Assembly: GCA_002633005.1 (NCBI GenBank)
Contig: NMRA01000679.1
Location: 127,801 to 191,800 of the forward strand
Reading direction: 5' to 3'
DNA from: Phoronis australis
Taxonomy: Eukaryota; Animalia; Phoronida
DNA: 64,000 bases
In this document: positions 12,761 to 27,528 of the stretch, piece after piece
How positions within the stretch are numbered: the first letter of the stretch is position 1
Layout of the letters: each line of letters starts with the position of its first letter
The notes under the pieces: model-generated
Seen by the model: the letters and a program-made list of their open reading frames with translations, nothing else
The model's database searches: none
What the model was told of the DNA's origin: nothing
Program-made: the position numbers and the translations under genes

Positions 12761-14699
12761 TAATGTCTTATTATTTATTTGTGTATCGCGAACCGTGACA
12801 TATGTAACAATTTACTACTTGACAAAAGATAACAAAGATGAAAACAAAGGTAACTGTGCAATGAACTTGTAACATCTTCTGAAAGTAATTAAAAAATAAC
12901 AATATTTATCATGAATGTATTTACTGAGGAACTGGTGCCTAAGTTACAGATGATACATGTAGCAAATAAAACTGAGGCGGAAGTATAATTAACAGTTTTG
13001 TACCAGATGTTATGTTTGGGACCTGATTGCATATTGAGTGTTATTTATACTACTGCAACTTTATTACTTTGAACTATTTTGAGAACATTTGACAATCGAG
13101 CTGGCAGTAATGACGTCAAGTTGACATTTGCCTACCATGTCAGAGGGCACTGTTAAATTAGTCACGGGAATGCAATACGGAAAACGATATCACATGGACA
13201 TATTGCACTCAACTTCTTCAATACATATGGGATAAAGGAGAGCGCCATGAAAGACCGAGCTATGGTACACGTGACAACCATGATGTAAATAAGCCTTGGT
13301 TTCAGCATGTACAGTGTTATGCTTTATTTTCAAGTCTATTATTAATCTGCCAATACAAGCACAAATAACAGTTATTCTATGGCTTTTATTACGCAGACTG
13401 CAGTTGCAGCACAGATTGTATCTGTTATATGTCGTCATCTTTCCTACCAATTTTCAAAACTTATTAGCTTCTTAATTCCTAAAAACGTTTAACATACAAA
13501 TTATATTTTGGCACAAATTTTTGTACCAATCATAAACAATCATGTTTTATTACCCACAAAGCTTCATGGAACTCAAAAATGCATTAAGTACTTAAAATGA
13601 TTCTTCTAGCATTCAAGCTAAAGCAGTTTTTAATTCTGCACATTCTGATTAGCCAAGGGTATGCTTAATTTGGCTCTTACTTTCCTAAGTGATCTTATTC
13701 TCTATTAAGGCATCACATAAGTGCAGTGCTTCTTGATGAAGAGAAATTTGGCTACACGCTAAACGTGAACATGTGAGTTAACATTAAGGTCACGGGTTGT
13801 GCCTCACCTTTTGTTTTGCCTCTGCATATAAGTTTCAGTAACAAGCAGTGCTGTAGAGGCAGCCACTTCATACAACTGAGGGAAGATTGCAAGGGACTAA
13901 TTTAGGTAATTCATTTATTCCCTAAAATAAGTATTTGTCATTCCAGGGGCACAGTTCAGAGCAATTTTTCAATTGAAGAAAGTGGAAATGTTTGATCATA
14001 CTCCACATAGCATTTCATGTACATCATTGTACCAGTCACTGCTCAAAAACATTTGCAATTTATGTCTTTCAAACAAGTGGGTTGTCTTCTTTGCTTGTAA
14101 CAAGTTTGAGATAATACCAGTAGCAATCATATCAGGAAACCAAGGCACCGGGGCAAATCAGTTTCAAGGAAGAACAGTAGAATGGTCTTTTTATGGACAG
14201 GCAAACATTGCTGGTGTTGCTTCTTTGCTTAGAATTTATACTACAAAAACTTCCCTTTTCTTTTTGGTCCTACAAACACGATGTGTATATTATGCCCGGG
14301 TGTATATTTCCATATTTACAAAACAGGGTAAAAGTGACGTATATAAAGTAGCTTGTGTTTATATAAGAACCTTAGGCCCATGTGCTCATTTCCAAAACAG
14401 TGTTCAATAAAAGTAAAATAAATATCACTCATTAGAAGCCTGAGACAATAAATCTTGGCATATACAGTGAGTATTCTGAGGATTTACACACCATTTTCTC
14501 AAATGCCCAACATTATGGAATACAGTGGTGGCTATTTTGCTAACGTATGCCAGTCAGGCCACGTACTTACTTGCAAAGCACAAGATCTCATCAAATGTGC
14601 AAGATGCCAGCCCTACTGAACCCACACAACATCACTCAATCGCTTTGTTGCAGAGGGATAAGAAAAATATATAAAGGCAATCAGATACATTCCGCATAC

Positions 14700-14814
14700 C
14701 TGCATTCTCTTTCTCTTTCTCACGTCTCTTCAGTTTCAGCTGGGACAGTTTACTCTGACACTCATCAACTTTGACTTTGAGAACTTCAACCTCCTCTTCA
14801 GCATCATGAATGCT
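14700..14814 (-). CDS. IQANK1: IQANK1-like exon 10 (SIHDAEEEVEVLKVKVDECQSKLSQLKLKRREKEKENA)
   Basis: Acceptor TTTATAG|AGC, donor CAG|GTATGC; 115 nt, phase 0-1. Confidence 0.88.
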
Positions 14815-17800
14815 CTATAAATATTAAAAGAACTGAAAAAAAAACTCCCATATCGCAGCAAAGCCTGGTGAAGTAAAGCTCGAAAGCACTGCGTTTTACA
14901 AAGAGAAGTGTCTGGTAGTATACAAAAGATTTCAGTGGACTTATCAGCATAAAAACTCCATACCTATAACTAGCCCCATTGTGTGATCTGTGTACACTGT
15001 CAATTAACTGGTCATAAAGCTTTATTACTTCAGCCTAGTTGTTTTCAGTTGCAAAAACACAACTTCTTAACTTTTTATCAGAGGTCATGTTTGATATTTT
15101 ATTCAAATTCGTGACAAAAAATACTGCAAAACCATACCTTACACTTTTGAATTTGTTCTTTGTTGAGGCATTTTTCAAAGTACTTTGGCTCTGACCCTAA
15201 ACGCGTATGAATATTTATCTCTGTTTTTTGACTCTTTCAGTTCATTCCGTTCGAAGTTTTCAAAAAATAGCAAAACGTGTTTAAAAGATCTTTGAAAAGA
15301 TTCTTGTTGATTAGTATTGCATAATGTAGCACGTTTCGTTGCATTCATTGGCATAATTTTTTGAACTATTCAAACCACGATTAATTACGATAGTGACTTG
15401 ATGAAAGTTTGTTTTCGTCATGCAATGTGGTTGGGCATTTCCGAATAGATGGCTACTTTGGTAGTGTTTAAGTGCAGCGAGAAAGTGCAGGCGGTGGTCA
15501 AGCTGCCGTCAGATGAACAGACGTTATTATCGACGACTAAGTCGTCACACCAGATTGCCTGTACGCTTCCCAGGCCGGCCCGGTGCCAGTGGGGAGTCGT
15601 TTCGTCGAATGAAATCCGCGCTTGAGTGCTTCCATGGCAAGAGCAAGAAAGGTGTAAGCTGTTTTTATTTCTTTTTAACTATTTCAGCATATATTTGTTC
15701 ATATTGATGCCATGATGTCCAAGCCAGTCAGTCTAACAACTGTTGTTAGCTAGATAGGAAGGGTTGTTTGCCTCTGGAACCCGCACGCACCCGGGGTATC
15801 AGTAAATATGAATGCGCCAAGTTTTAGAAAGCATGTCACTGTAACAGTAGTACTAGTGGGATAATTCTACTGGTTTAGGCATACAAATTATCTAGGTTTA
15901 GCAGTAGTGTCTGAATTATTTTAACACAAGATTATTTATTTACGATTCCAAAATCTTAGAACTTTTCATTTTCATTCCGTTACCTGACAAACATAAAATT
16001 TCGTCATGAACACAGGCTGGAATCATATTAGTTCAAACTCAGTTGAAGTGTTTGTTGACACATAGGTCTTTGTAATAGACTAGCCCCTGGTTTGACTCTT
16101 CAATGAATAATTACATAATAACTTGATGAATAGTGCTGATGACATCATGCCAACAATGGAAGGTTTCTAGACTTAAAACTTTCATGAAACATGAGCCATG
16201 GACCTAAGTGCATTTACTGAGTAGTTGCCAGTCCATTGTCACCTGACGTCGCAGACACAAATGTTGTTTGTTCTTTTGATTAGCTATAGAATGTTCGTTG
16301 CACAAATTCGATATGGTGGTCACCCAGGTGTTCTTATTGGCAATCATATTTTGTATGCCAAGTTGCTTACCTGATTTGTGTACTTGTTGTTGTATATTTT
16401 GTATGACATTTCGTGGTATTATTATACCAGAGAGACTGCAGATGCCCTTCAATATACTTGTGCTCTTCAGTATTTTTGTAGATATTTTATAGATATATAA
16501 TAGATATGCAAGTTTCAGTATAAAGTTCTTCCTGTAGTACATAGTGTGATACACAGTAGTTAGTAACTGCATAACAACCTTAATAAAATCTTAATGTTAT
16601 GCAGTGGGACACTTTGCATTTTGGTACCTGGTCATTTTGGACAGATTCGGATCTTATACAGCCTGCGAATATTTAACTTCTCTGCTTTTGTCTATGTTGC
16701 TATTAAGAAGGGAGTTTAACCAGTATTACACTTTTATTACTTTGTTTATATTCTGCCTTCACAGAGATTTAGAAAGTGATCGATGCTTTGGCTCTATTAG
16801 TTATAAACCTCACTTTTGCTCAATAAGTGTATTATGCTTGTAAAAACGCTTTACTTTAAATAAACTATTTTACAACTAACCAACTTGTGTCTTTCTTTTG
16901 TGACTGGCAATTAAATATCGCATTTTAAATTTGCCTGCCCATCAATGGTTTAGCTATTCATGCGGTACTTAATTTAGATATTAACCTTCGCCTCCAAGAC
17001 AAAAGTTAATGTCTTACTTTATGTTTTATGGATGATGAAAATGTAGAAATTTTGCCAACATGGTATCTCAAAAACAGCTCATCAGACTCAAATAAAATAG
17101 ACACTATCAACGTTGTTCTCCAGACAAACGGGCTAGTTGTTTAATTAGATACCGTCAAAAATTGAGGCTGTAATTATTGATTTTTATGAAAATATCCATT
17201 TTCATCTGAAAAGCCTCATAAAATAAAAAAGGACATTTTGAAAACTGATTCTGAGATCTGTTCATGAATTCATATATGAAATGAAATTTGGCCATGCCTT
17301 GATATTCCTGCAACATTGTTTCTTTGTGTTAAGCAGAAAATTCTACATTGTTTCTATTTTCAGAAAACATGTACCTTTTCTTGTTCAATTTTCCAGAAAA
17401 TTTGTCAAAAAGCAGATCCTTCCTGGTGAGGTTGTTCACCAGAAATCATCATAATTCTCTACCCTTTATAGTACACAAGTCAGTTGTTCCATCATAATAG
17501 TAACAGTTGTAAATGACCTCTTGACTTGAGAAGGTAGTTCCCTGAAAGTCAGTCATCTTCTACTGAGCTGCGCAACAGGTCACACAAGGTGCATTAGATT
17601 CAGAATAATAGAGGGGCAATAAACTTGGGACAATACGTAAATTGTGTGCTAAACTAGCTGAATTTCACCAAGGTTTGCTGCGATGTGCAATTTAAAGCGG
17701 CAAAAGATTGTATAGTAAGCTCTCAGATCCTAGTAATTGGCCACAAGCAGCATTCAATGGCCACAGGGTCTGGCCACTAGATTCTTTCCAAAACCGCACA

Positions 17801-17833
17801 GGGGCAGACATATAACAATGCACTTCCACCTAC

Positions 17834-17926
17834 CTGAAGAGTAAGTTCTGGTCGTTCATACCCTGATGCCATAGCAGTGTCATGCTCCTCTATCCTCTTG
17901 TTCATTTCACAGTACGCCTTGTTCAA
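17834..17926 (-). CDS. IQANK1: IQANK1-like exon 9 (LNKAYCEMNKRIEEHDTAMASGYERPELTLQ)
   Basis: Acceptor TTTTAG|TTG, donor CAG|GTAGGT; 93 nt. Confidence 0.88.
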
Positions 17927-20533
17927 CTAAAATTACAGACACATTACCGGTAGTTATGAATTAGACATTTCGAGTGTTTGGTGAAATAGGCCCAGCTGAG
18001 CAGCCTGCACGTGTTTGATGCAACACAAATTATACCAGCTGCATTATTTTTTTGAATTTGAAGGCACGACATCAGACTAAACTGACAGAAGTCAGAATGC
18101 TTACGGTACAAATTCTCCAATTTGGTGAGAAATTAATTACTTACTACTCTAATCAAGGCCTGAGCTTATACCAAATTTTAGAAATAGACAATATTGGTTG
18201 TCCTAAATTCAACAAACTCAAGAGGTAAAATCAACCATGTCTAGAATTAAAGACCTAGTTACACGGTCACGTTTTTAACCTCTATTAGTTGGGTAGAACA
18301 AGTTACAACGAAGCCATCAGTACCTACAGGTTAATCCTAGCGAAATCCTCACTTGTCACCAACTGGAGCCAAGTAATATTCCACCATTTTTAGATTTGCC
18401 GCAAAGTCAAAAGTGAGATTCATTAAGGAACAGCTGAATAACAAGGTGGTCTATTCAACTGGGTTAAGCATGTTTTACCAAAAGTAATTAACTTATGTAA
18501 ACAGCATAAACACAACGAACATGCAATATCAGAATAATCAAGTAAAATTATAATACAGTAAGAATGTTCTGATAACTTGCGAAAATGATGAAAATAAATT
18601 TAGACAGGGAAAACTAAGTATTAATGAGTTTAAAGTAAATGGAAGATTTTTCATTCAGCCTGAATGATTCATATAAGCTACTACCACAGCCCGGCTGCTT
18701 GGTCGCAGACATCACTGCTCCCTAGGGCAGAGTGAAACATTAATTAGATCCGCAGACCTTGAATAACTGAAATTGGTGTGACCAACATATTATACAAATT
18801 ACTACGTCACTTTCCTAACACTACAATATTTTCTTGTCGTCCACATTCCACTCATATACTACAGTTTACTACACTCCCCCCATTTACGTTTTCTATCACA
18901 GAATTTTCATTTTTAGAAAACAGGTATCAACAGTAAATTTTTGTCAAATTTGAAAATATGTTTTGTCTGATAATTGAAAATTAAAGTCAGTTTTGCAAGT
19001 GATGATTTTCTCAGCAAGTGACACATGGCAACTGCCAGTGAAACTTCCCCGGTTATCGTGTCAGGGCAACAAAAGTCAGGCAGGTGCGCATTATTGCAAT
19101 TCAGGTGAGAAGTGCACTATTTTAAGATAAGAAATGTTTTAGTTCATTGAGTGAATGTTTTTTCTTTCCACTTTACATTTTTAATGGTCAGTAAAGCCGA
19201 TGATGATTTGCTGCCGATGCGCTGTCAGTAGTCACACAGCAAATGCTGGTACTTTGCATCAATTTCACAACAATGGCAATAAGGTAAAAATACAACTGCC
19301 GCTCTAGAAAGGGTTTTCTTCTAATTCATTACCAGACCAGGTACTGTTGCTGAAATTTGACGTACCCTCGTGATGACTCAGGGCACCTCAGTTCTCAGTA
19401 ATGTTGGCTGCGGGAGATGCAACATGTTCAGTTTTAACTTATGATTGCATAAAATGTCACAAATCAAATGCAAAGAAGATATGAAATTTATACAATAGAT
19501 AATCAAATTTGTAAAAAAGAACCAAAATGAGAATAAAAAACAATCAAATAAAATAACGCTTTCACGCTCACAGTGATATCAATACGTTTTCAAGGACAAC
19601 ATGGCCGTATTTCAGGAATCGTTCCTAAACTGATGCATGAGAAACTCGGGTCATGGAAATAGATGGGAATAGCTGATGATTATCTGACTTCGGCCGAGGT
19701 AAAATAATGTGCTCAAAAGGCTTCTTAAGTTTGGTGACAGATAAGAGGTAAACATTATACCACTTTACATATTACTTCACTTGGTATATTCAAGTTTTTG
19801 AACTGGATTAACCCCAGGAGATAAGGACTTTAATGTCGTATGGTATAGGCTTAGTAATACACATTTCAAGTTTTACAGTAAATATCGGTCACCCAGACTT
19901 TAGATACTGACCAAAATTGGGACTTTTTACTGTTCTCAACACGCTGACAGTTTGTGATAAGTTACTGAACTACTTGCAAAAGTGGACAATAATGGGTGAT
20001 GAAATGATTCTAATCCAAATCTGAATGATGGTTAGGTGATAAGTGGTGACGAAATAATGACAAATAATATGCTGTTTGTTGCAATATATCACTGCAATGC
20101 AATTTTGGATTTATTTTACAGTTTGTTACAAAACTGATTCCAAACAATTAACTTAAATTGTCATAAAGTTTGATATTTGTGTACAAATGCCCTATGTTGA
20201 AGTTCTTGTACACAGAAAACTAATCCCTTTGCACTTCTTTCTGTTACACACTCAAAAGCAAAAAACTAAGACATGACCTTTATACCAATTAACTTCTTCT
20301 GATGCATTTGGAACCATAAACCTAGGCTGCCGTAAAAAAGTACTGGTGCTGGCAGATGTCCACCATATAGCAATGAGTGAAATTAAACCAAGATCTGTCA
20401 AGCAGTTTTTGAGATCATCAACAAAAAAGCTAAGGTACTGACGGATGGCGGACAGGCAGAATGCTGAATATATGTGACAACAATTTTTGTGGGTGCACAA
20501 AAGCGGAAAACTCGTCAATAAAAACCATTCTAC

Positions 20534-20588
20534 CTGATGCTGTCTGGTATCATATTCTTTCTGTGCCTCGTTAATCTGCTCTTCAAGT
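20534..20588 (-). CDS. IQANK1: IQANK1-like exon 8 (LEEQINEAQKEYDTRQHQ)
   Basis: Acceptor TTTCACTTTCAG|A, donor CAG|GTAGA; 55 nt, phase 2-0. Confidence 0.85.
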
Positions 20589-21095
20589 CTGAAAGTGAAA
20601 GCAGTCTATTCTAACATAAACTGTCAACTGGAAAATTCACTCAACAAAGTCATCATCATTGAAGGAATACGAATTTATGAACGCATCTGGGTGAAAAGAC
20701 CATCACCCTTCTCAAAACACTGTTAAAACTAACCACGACTAACCTATTACTTTCAAAATCATGATTAAAATAATGGCGCACTTCAATACACATCCTACAA
20801 AACAATGTAAGAGTGAGGCTTTCCAAAACAAATTGTTGAGTGACAAGTAGGGGGTTTCCTCACCAGGGACTATTCGTACAATAAGAATTATTTGATAAAA
20901 ACAACGATGGGTTTAAATCGGCTTGACAGACTTCGACATTTATTAAAGCACCATCCTCAGAATCAAAAATAGAGGTCACCTTGCTAGGCCCAACAAGTAA
21001 TGATACACAGGCACAGTCAGTAACATGGGAGTAATAGTAGACTAGACTAACAATGACAACCTGCTTTTTGAAACTGGCCTTATGATGTTTTCTCA

Positions 21096-22330
21096 CCGTA
21101 ATACTTTGTACACAGACCTTGAAACATGGCGTTTGTCTCTAGTAGTTGGTACAGTAAGAGTCTGAGGGAAAAATAGTTCGTACTTATATTTGCGTCGGAA
21201 AAAATAATTCGTACATGCTTTATGGATGGGTATGGAAATTTGTATTCTTATAAATGAACATAAATCAATAAGTTCCAATTCTAATTGGGTAAATGGAATC
21301 GGTGGTTTGCTAATCTACACTAGTACAGATCTTAAAAAGTCGTTTTTCAGACTGCCATTTTTAGAAACAGCAAATGCGGAAATAGCAATAAGATTTTCAT
21401 TTGTGGCAGTAAAAATGCCATCACAGCAGATTTTCCCAACAAAAGTTCAATTGCCCTCGGACTAGACCTTCACGAATAAATTAACAAAACTGCAGAGTAA
21501 TAGTACCATGTGGTCCTGCTGTCTTATTAGAGCTGATTCTGGCGACTGTAGTGCGCATATGACCAGTGATGCAGCGCCCCATTTGGACTGCAACTATTCT
21601 CATGTGGCAACACAAATGCGTGCATGCAAGCTTCACGTATTACCGAGGTTACATCATAGAGTAAATTTATGGTTACAGTCCCGTGACATGAGTAGAACTG
21701 CGCGCATATTAGCTGTCAAGTTCTGAGTCAGAGAGCAATTAGTTGACGAAATATTAAATGCTTGAAAAAACTAATCTAGAACCCAATGAATTGTCAACCT
21801 AAGATTTAGTATGGCTGTCTTATCTTGAATGCCAGGCACCATTCACTTGCCGTTGCGTGAAACACACTATGCAATGAGGATGAGAAGCGAAGGTATGAGG
21901 ACAAGAGGCGGTCGTTAATCAAAAGTTATTGCAAACGCATTACTCAAAAAGTATTGCTTAATATTTAGTAGGCGGCCGAGCAAAAATAATTTGTACACGT
22001 ACCTTTGTTGGTAAAAATAACTTGTAGACTAAGCGCCAATTACTCGGGTAATCGACACCCGCTGTTTGCTATAGGACTAAATTAATAACAAAATCTAACC
22101 ATCAATGTGACCTGAAATTTGGAAATGCGAGTCATTTTGTATCAAGTCGCAACATGTGACTTGTACTAATTTCTAATGTACGCGAGCCCAGTTTTTGGCG
22201 GCAAATAGATTACCTGGCAAACATATTGTGAGAATCTGGCCATTATTCGGTTTATGCCAAATCAAGTGGAAAACTAACAAAGAAAATCCCTCTTCATTGA
22301 GTTTTGTAAACATGTCGTGTGAACATGCTA
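21096..22330 (+). mobile_element. CCGTA-TIR non-autonomous element with repeated GAAAAATARTTCGTAC subterminal motifs, plus shared downstream flank; copy A
   Basis: Aligns with 28235-29570; starts CCGTAAT (21096), TIR-like end at about 22048. Confidence 0.6.
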
Positions 22331-22662
22331 GTCTCACGCTAGACTTTTAAAAGCATTAGACAAAATGACTAAAGCCTCTGAAAACTTTTTGTCATTTTCA
22401 AAAATTATTAGCCAAATAACAAATGATAAAAACAGATACACGCACCATGTTGTCACAGATCCTTTCATAAATGTACTATAAGAAGACATTTGCCATACGA
22501 AAAAAACAAATGATCAACATTCCAAGGTCATATAGCAACACAAGTTGGAGAGGATGGGTTTCATTATGACCTAAAAAGTTTGGAAAGTGGTTCCCCTATA
22601 CCCAAGTTACATACTGCATGTGTACTCAACCACATGAGCATTTAAATGATATTGACTTAGGC

Positions 22663-23916
22663 AGGGGCTCCCCCCTATCCCCGGGTTACGGCGGCGCTAT
22701 GCCGACCACGACCAAGAAAATTTGGTCCAAAATATTAACAAAAGTTATGACTTGCAAAATAAGATGAATCTTGCAGAGCAGTGAATATAAAATTCATTAA
22801 TTAAACAGTTCCCTACAATGCATTTTCTTAGTAAGCTAATATGAAACAAATAAAATAAAATCCAACTACATGACTTTTTACACCAAGTAGTCATGATTTT
22901 TTAATTTTGAAGAAAAAATAGTTATTTCTAAGTTTTGCGCCAAATGATGCAATGGGTGGAAGACATTTGGCTACTTCACATTCAAATGCAATGTCGCAAC
23001 ACAGCAGGTCAGAAGACGAGAACAATTTTGAGCGAGAACTGGGTAATTATTATGCAGACAGAGAGAAGAGTGGATACGGGCATCGCACTAAAGTACTTGA
23101 AGAATCAGACAATGAATTCGATTTCCCATTTAGGGAACCATCGTCGACTTTGAGGCCGCATGACCTCGAGCGACTCACTTGCACGAAATGCTACAGACAT
23201 GCGAGCCACAACCAACTGAACCAATGGGTGGTCAATATTTACAAAGTACACACTTAATAATCACTGACAATGTCCACAGTAAACCTGGGTCATTCGTATT
23301 CACTATTGCCATGAGGAATGAGCATAAAATACAAAGCATAAGCCTACGTGTCGTAGCACTCGATCTGGGCCAGGGTTGAGGGCCTCAATGGCATCATTCG
23401 CCCTAGACCGGAAGCAGTTTGTTCGTTATTTATAAAATTTGCAAATTCACTTACAAGGTGGCAAGTCCTTCATCGTAACACTGTTTTGTGTGTGGTCGAA
23501 ACACGATTCCTTGAAATGTGCCGAACAAGGCGAGCAGTGGCTCCCGACTGAATCGCACCTTCCACACTGACATTCCAGTGTCGTGTGGCGCACAAATGAA
23601 TGCCATTTCTGTGCAACTTTCACATATTTAGGAATTTGAACACAGACGTTCTCAGTCAAATTGCTATTACTACAGCTTCCACAAACACATTTTCAAGGCT
23701 GTAAAAGGTCGCTCTCCACAGACTTTGCTCACAACTCCTCAGTATCACACTGGTATAAACAGTAACGGTGGAGATGGTGTTCCACCCATTGCATACAAAC
23801 TCGACAACAGAAAAGAATTTGGCTCGTTTCTAAGCAACAGGCGCACTAAAGGCTATTAAATGACTTAAGATGTATTTAAAATTCATTTTGAGACACAGGG
23901 TCATGGTGGGAACTCT
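22663..23916. mobile_element. Second Kolobok-like derivative with THAP remnant (-) and convergent acidic ORF fragment (+)
   Basis: Right end GGTGGGAACTCT|TTAA. Minus strand KCVCGSCSNSNLTENVCVQIPKYVKVAQKWHSFVRHT...CSAHFKESCF is THAP; plus strand MSQHSRSEDE...EESDNEFDFPFREP. Left end is degenerate. Confidence 0.55.
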
Positions 23917-25715
23917 TTAAGTAGCAAAATGACATTTACTTTACATTGCTCTCTTTCGGCCACCGCTGAAATGCAAATGCATAACTTTTTCAGGGCCCTC
24001 GGTCTCGAACTTGGGGCCGAATATCGACCAAATTCGCCTTGTGAGGCCCAAAATTCCCGTCGAGGTTGGACCCATTTGTAAGTCACACAAGTCACAATTT
24101 GAAAGAGCCTAAAATGCTACTTTTGGCTAATTGAGGCACAGCCTACGAGGGCTTGCAACAGGGGGGGGATTGCTATTGATGGTGATCAGGAGTTAGAATT
24201 ATCCCCTCACCCAAAATAAATTCCCCTTTCCTTTCTTAGACGACACAGGCACCTTTCCTCTTGTTTAATTGAGAGGCCTGTTTTTACACTTACGACATTC
24301 AACAAGCTGACTAGCTATGACAAGCGACGCTTTTAATTTAAACTACCATACTCGTTACAGCCAGGGGCGCTTAAATTGGAATCTTAAAAACAGGGGGTGG
24401 GCAGTAAGCCGAGCATGGGCGGTTAAAATCGAAACTTTGTGAAAAGTCAGGGAGGGTGTTTACTGCACGGAGGACCGATTTTACCCTCACGAGCTACAGT
24501 GACGTCGGATGTCAAGCACAGCAGTTCAAATACGTCGGTGGATTGAAGTAACGGATTTCCACTCCCAGAAGTGGAATAACGCACACGATACAGGGCGCTG
24601 TGATCCCGAACGTGATTGGGATATTTACATACCTCCGTCGCTGCTCGTCATCTCTCCTGTATTCCTACAGATAGGAGTGCGTTCAGTAGAGCACGTTTCT
24701 TCATAAAAAAAGCCAATCAAGCAAGATTCTGCTAGTGTGCCGCGTATTTATAAGGGAAGCACCTGATATTGTAGGTTTGCTCCCTGCTAGACACTTTGGC
24801 AACCAAAACATGTGGTAATGATTGACAGGCCTCAGTTCTTTTAAGAACATTAAAATGCTTTGAACCTAGTATGAAAAATGAAACAGTTTAAATACATTGC
24901 ATATTTCTTTCTAGTGAGTTGAACAGCCCACACTGCTCTTATTCAAACCCCGTGCTCAACAATCGGAGGATACTACTTGGGCAAAATTAGGGGTGCTAGA
25001 TCGGCTGCAAAAATAATGAAGCAAAAACACACCATGTAAAGACATCAGGCAAATCAAGAGTTCAAAATAATAATTTTTTGACCACGTGGATGTGGATAGA
25101 ATGTTCGACTTGCGCTTAGTAAAAAGTTGATTTCTTGTGCTGTTGCTTTTAATTGGGCGCTTCTTATATTTTGCTTGGGCGCTTCCATTTTGGTGTCGGG
25201 AGTGAGCCATTAGAAACATGGGTTTAACCAAGGCAGGGAACAGCGAGACAAGTTGGCTAGTCACAATGACTCGTGTCAGCTTGTATTCAAAACAATGCGT
25301 CCAAAATAATGTTGGTGTGCTCGTGTTTTTTTCTTATTTCATTGCTCAGGGTGGTTATGTTTCGTGTACTGTCACGGCACATACAAGGAATCACAGGGAG
25401 ATAGAACACCGACTTCAAAATTCCTGTCAAGTACCGCTTTGCTCGTTCTTCCACAGCAATGAAATACATTCGACAAGCGATCAGTAAATACTGACAAGAG
25501 TTCTGCGCGTGAGCCAGGGGAAATAATTGAGTCTCCCTCAATAAAGTGCATGAGAATATGGGTATTTTACCACCATAGTAAGGCAAGGTCCCGGTTCTGC
25601 TAAAGCTGATTTGACTGTCACAGAAAGTTAAGCGAGTTGAGCACGTTTTGGAATCTTAGTTTAGTGCGACGAACGTTCACACAAGCACACACTTTTAAGG
25701 AAGTCTCGATCTTTA

Positions 25716-26432
25716 AACAAGAGCAACGCAGAGCGTTGAAATGCGCCCACAATTGCACCGCATACAGTATCCTTCTAGGGTTGTTTATTGGTACCATAAA
25801 GTGGCCAGTAGAGGGCATATATGTAGTATGTTGTACTTTGCAAAATGGAAAGGCATGGTCCTTGTCTCCTCAATAGGCTAGGGGCAAAATGTGAGTAATC
25901 TTCATAATACAAGCACATCCTATACACCAGTTGCTTAAAGCACCACAGAAACATAGAATTAAAAACAAATTAACCAACATACGAGATTAGCACAGCATTA
26001 GAATGCCAGAAACAAATTTCTACTTGGAACTTTTCCTTCATAGTCACGAAGTAACACAAAGTACACACCTGAAGAAAATACAGAGGTCAATGTAAAATAC
26101 TAAAATTGCCACTAGAGGCAAATACTAAAATTGCCACTAGAGGAATACCGGTAGTCAGAATCATCCTAAAGTCGTCATCGTCCGTTGTCAACATCACATA
26201 AATACACTTGCTAAATTTAGTAAAGATCCTGCAAACGGTTTGGGAGATACAGCCATGGGCGCAAAAAAAACAAAACTACCACTAGGAGGTGCCACAGTAG
26301 TCCAAATCATCTGAAAATCATTGTCAGCTTTCTTCCTTATAGTAAGCACATATACGCCAATTTTCACAATCATCCTTTGAGCGGTTTGGTTGATAGAGGG
26401 GTGGACGCAAAAATACAGACTCGAAAACACCT
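25716..26432 (+). mobile_element. HINE family 1 partial copy
   Basis: Starts AACAAGAG...ATGCGCCCAC (subterminal inverted repeat); subunits at 26060-26432 match 48900-49220. Confidence 0.65.
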
Positions 26433-27479
26433 AGATCATTACATCGCATTTACTCTGGCAAATGAACTCTAATAACAAGCACACGCACGCTTACTCTCAC
26501 ACACACGCATACAAACTTCAAAACACATGTCACGTGACAGCATGTGTGTTCCTCCAGAGATTTTTCTCGTGTTGCGGACTACAATCTAGCGCAGATTTGG
26601 ACTTAATCTGCAGAACTTAAAAATCTTAGAGACGCTATTTGGAAAACTTGAGGATTTCAGGTAATTTGTAGAGTCGAAGCTGTATTCTTATTTAAGAATT
26701 CAAGCCCTATCGACGATTGCGAGACCGTCAGCTACGCATTTGTCGGCAAGATTTCGCCCTGGGATTTCAGCACAATTTTCTGAAAAATGATCGTAATTTA
26801 ACAACGAATTTTGATAGCAATGCACCACAATTTTGTAGAAAGTAAATAATAATATTCTACATGCTTTATCTTAGCGCGTTAATGCATATAGTGTGCGTAC
26901 GTTAAGTGAGTTGACACAGATCAGGTGATTGTGCAGAGGCATTATCGTCAAAATTGCTTATGTTGGCTTGGTTCTGGTAAAGCGAAAACAAGTTCTTTTT
27001 TTCACTACCAACCGCCGTGGACTACTTGGTACTGTTTCTTTGAAGGGAGATATTGTTGGGCAGTTTCCAAGATACGTTTTCTTGCCGCCCTCAAAATGAG
27101 CGCTGCATACTTTATGCTACAAAGTCGAAAAGAATTCACTAAGTCCACCTTTGTACCAGCTATACCGATGTGTCTGACCCATGTTTAACGCAGTTCTTGG
27201 TCCTTGGGAAACAGGTAGTAACTAAATTCTTTATCTCGCTAACTGGTATTATAGCATGCCAGGCACACAACACGTATAACCTCCCTGTGGCCGGTTCGCC
27301 CCCACACTTGCCGACATACTTGTTTACCGGCTTAACCACAATGCAACATTCTGACCCATTTCCAACATGGCGGTGTTGCAACTCCGCTATTGTTAGTATA
27401 GTCTATTATATTGTTACTCCCTTGCAACTGACTGCGTCTGTGTATCATTAGTTGTTGTTGGGCAAGAAGGCCACTGTTT

Positions 27480-27528
27480 TTGATTCTGAGGATGGTGTTT
27501 TAATAAATGCCAAAACATGTCAAATCAA
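27480..27528 (+). ncRNA. Degenerate minimal type-I hammerhead ribozyme motif in a Penelope-like terminal repeat; inverted copy at about 20920-20970
   Basis: TTGATT-CTGAGGA-T-GGTGT/ATGCC-AAAA (GAAG in the other copy; GAAA expected)-CATGTC-A-AATCAA: stem I, stem II, palindromic stem III and a GUC site. Confidence 0.5.

Noticed and set aside
15450-15707. GC-richer segment with short ORFs and a donor-like GTAAG
   Set aside because: No recognisable domain and no partner exon; probably a decayed transposon fragment.
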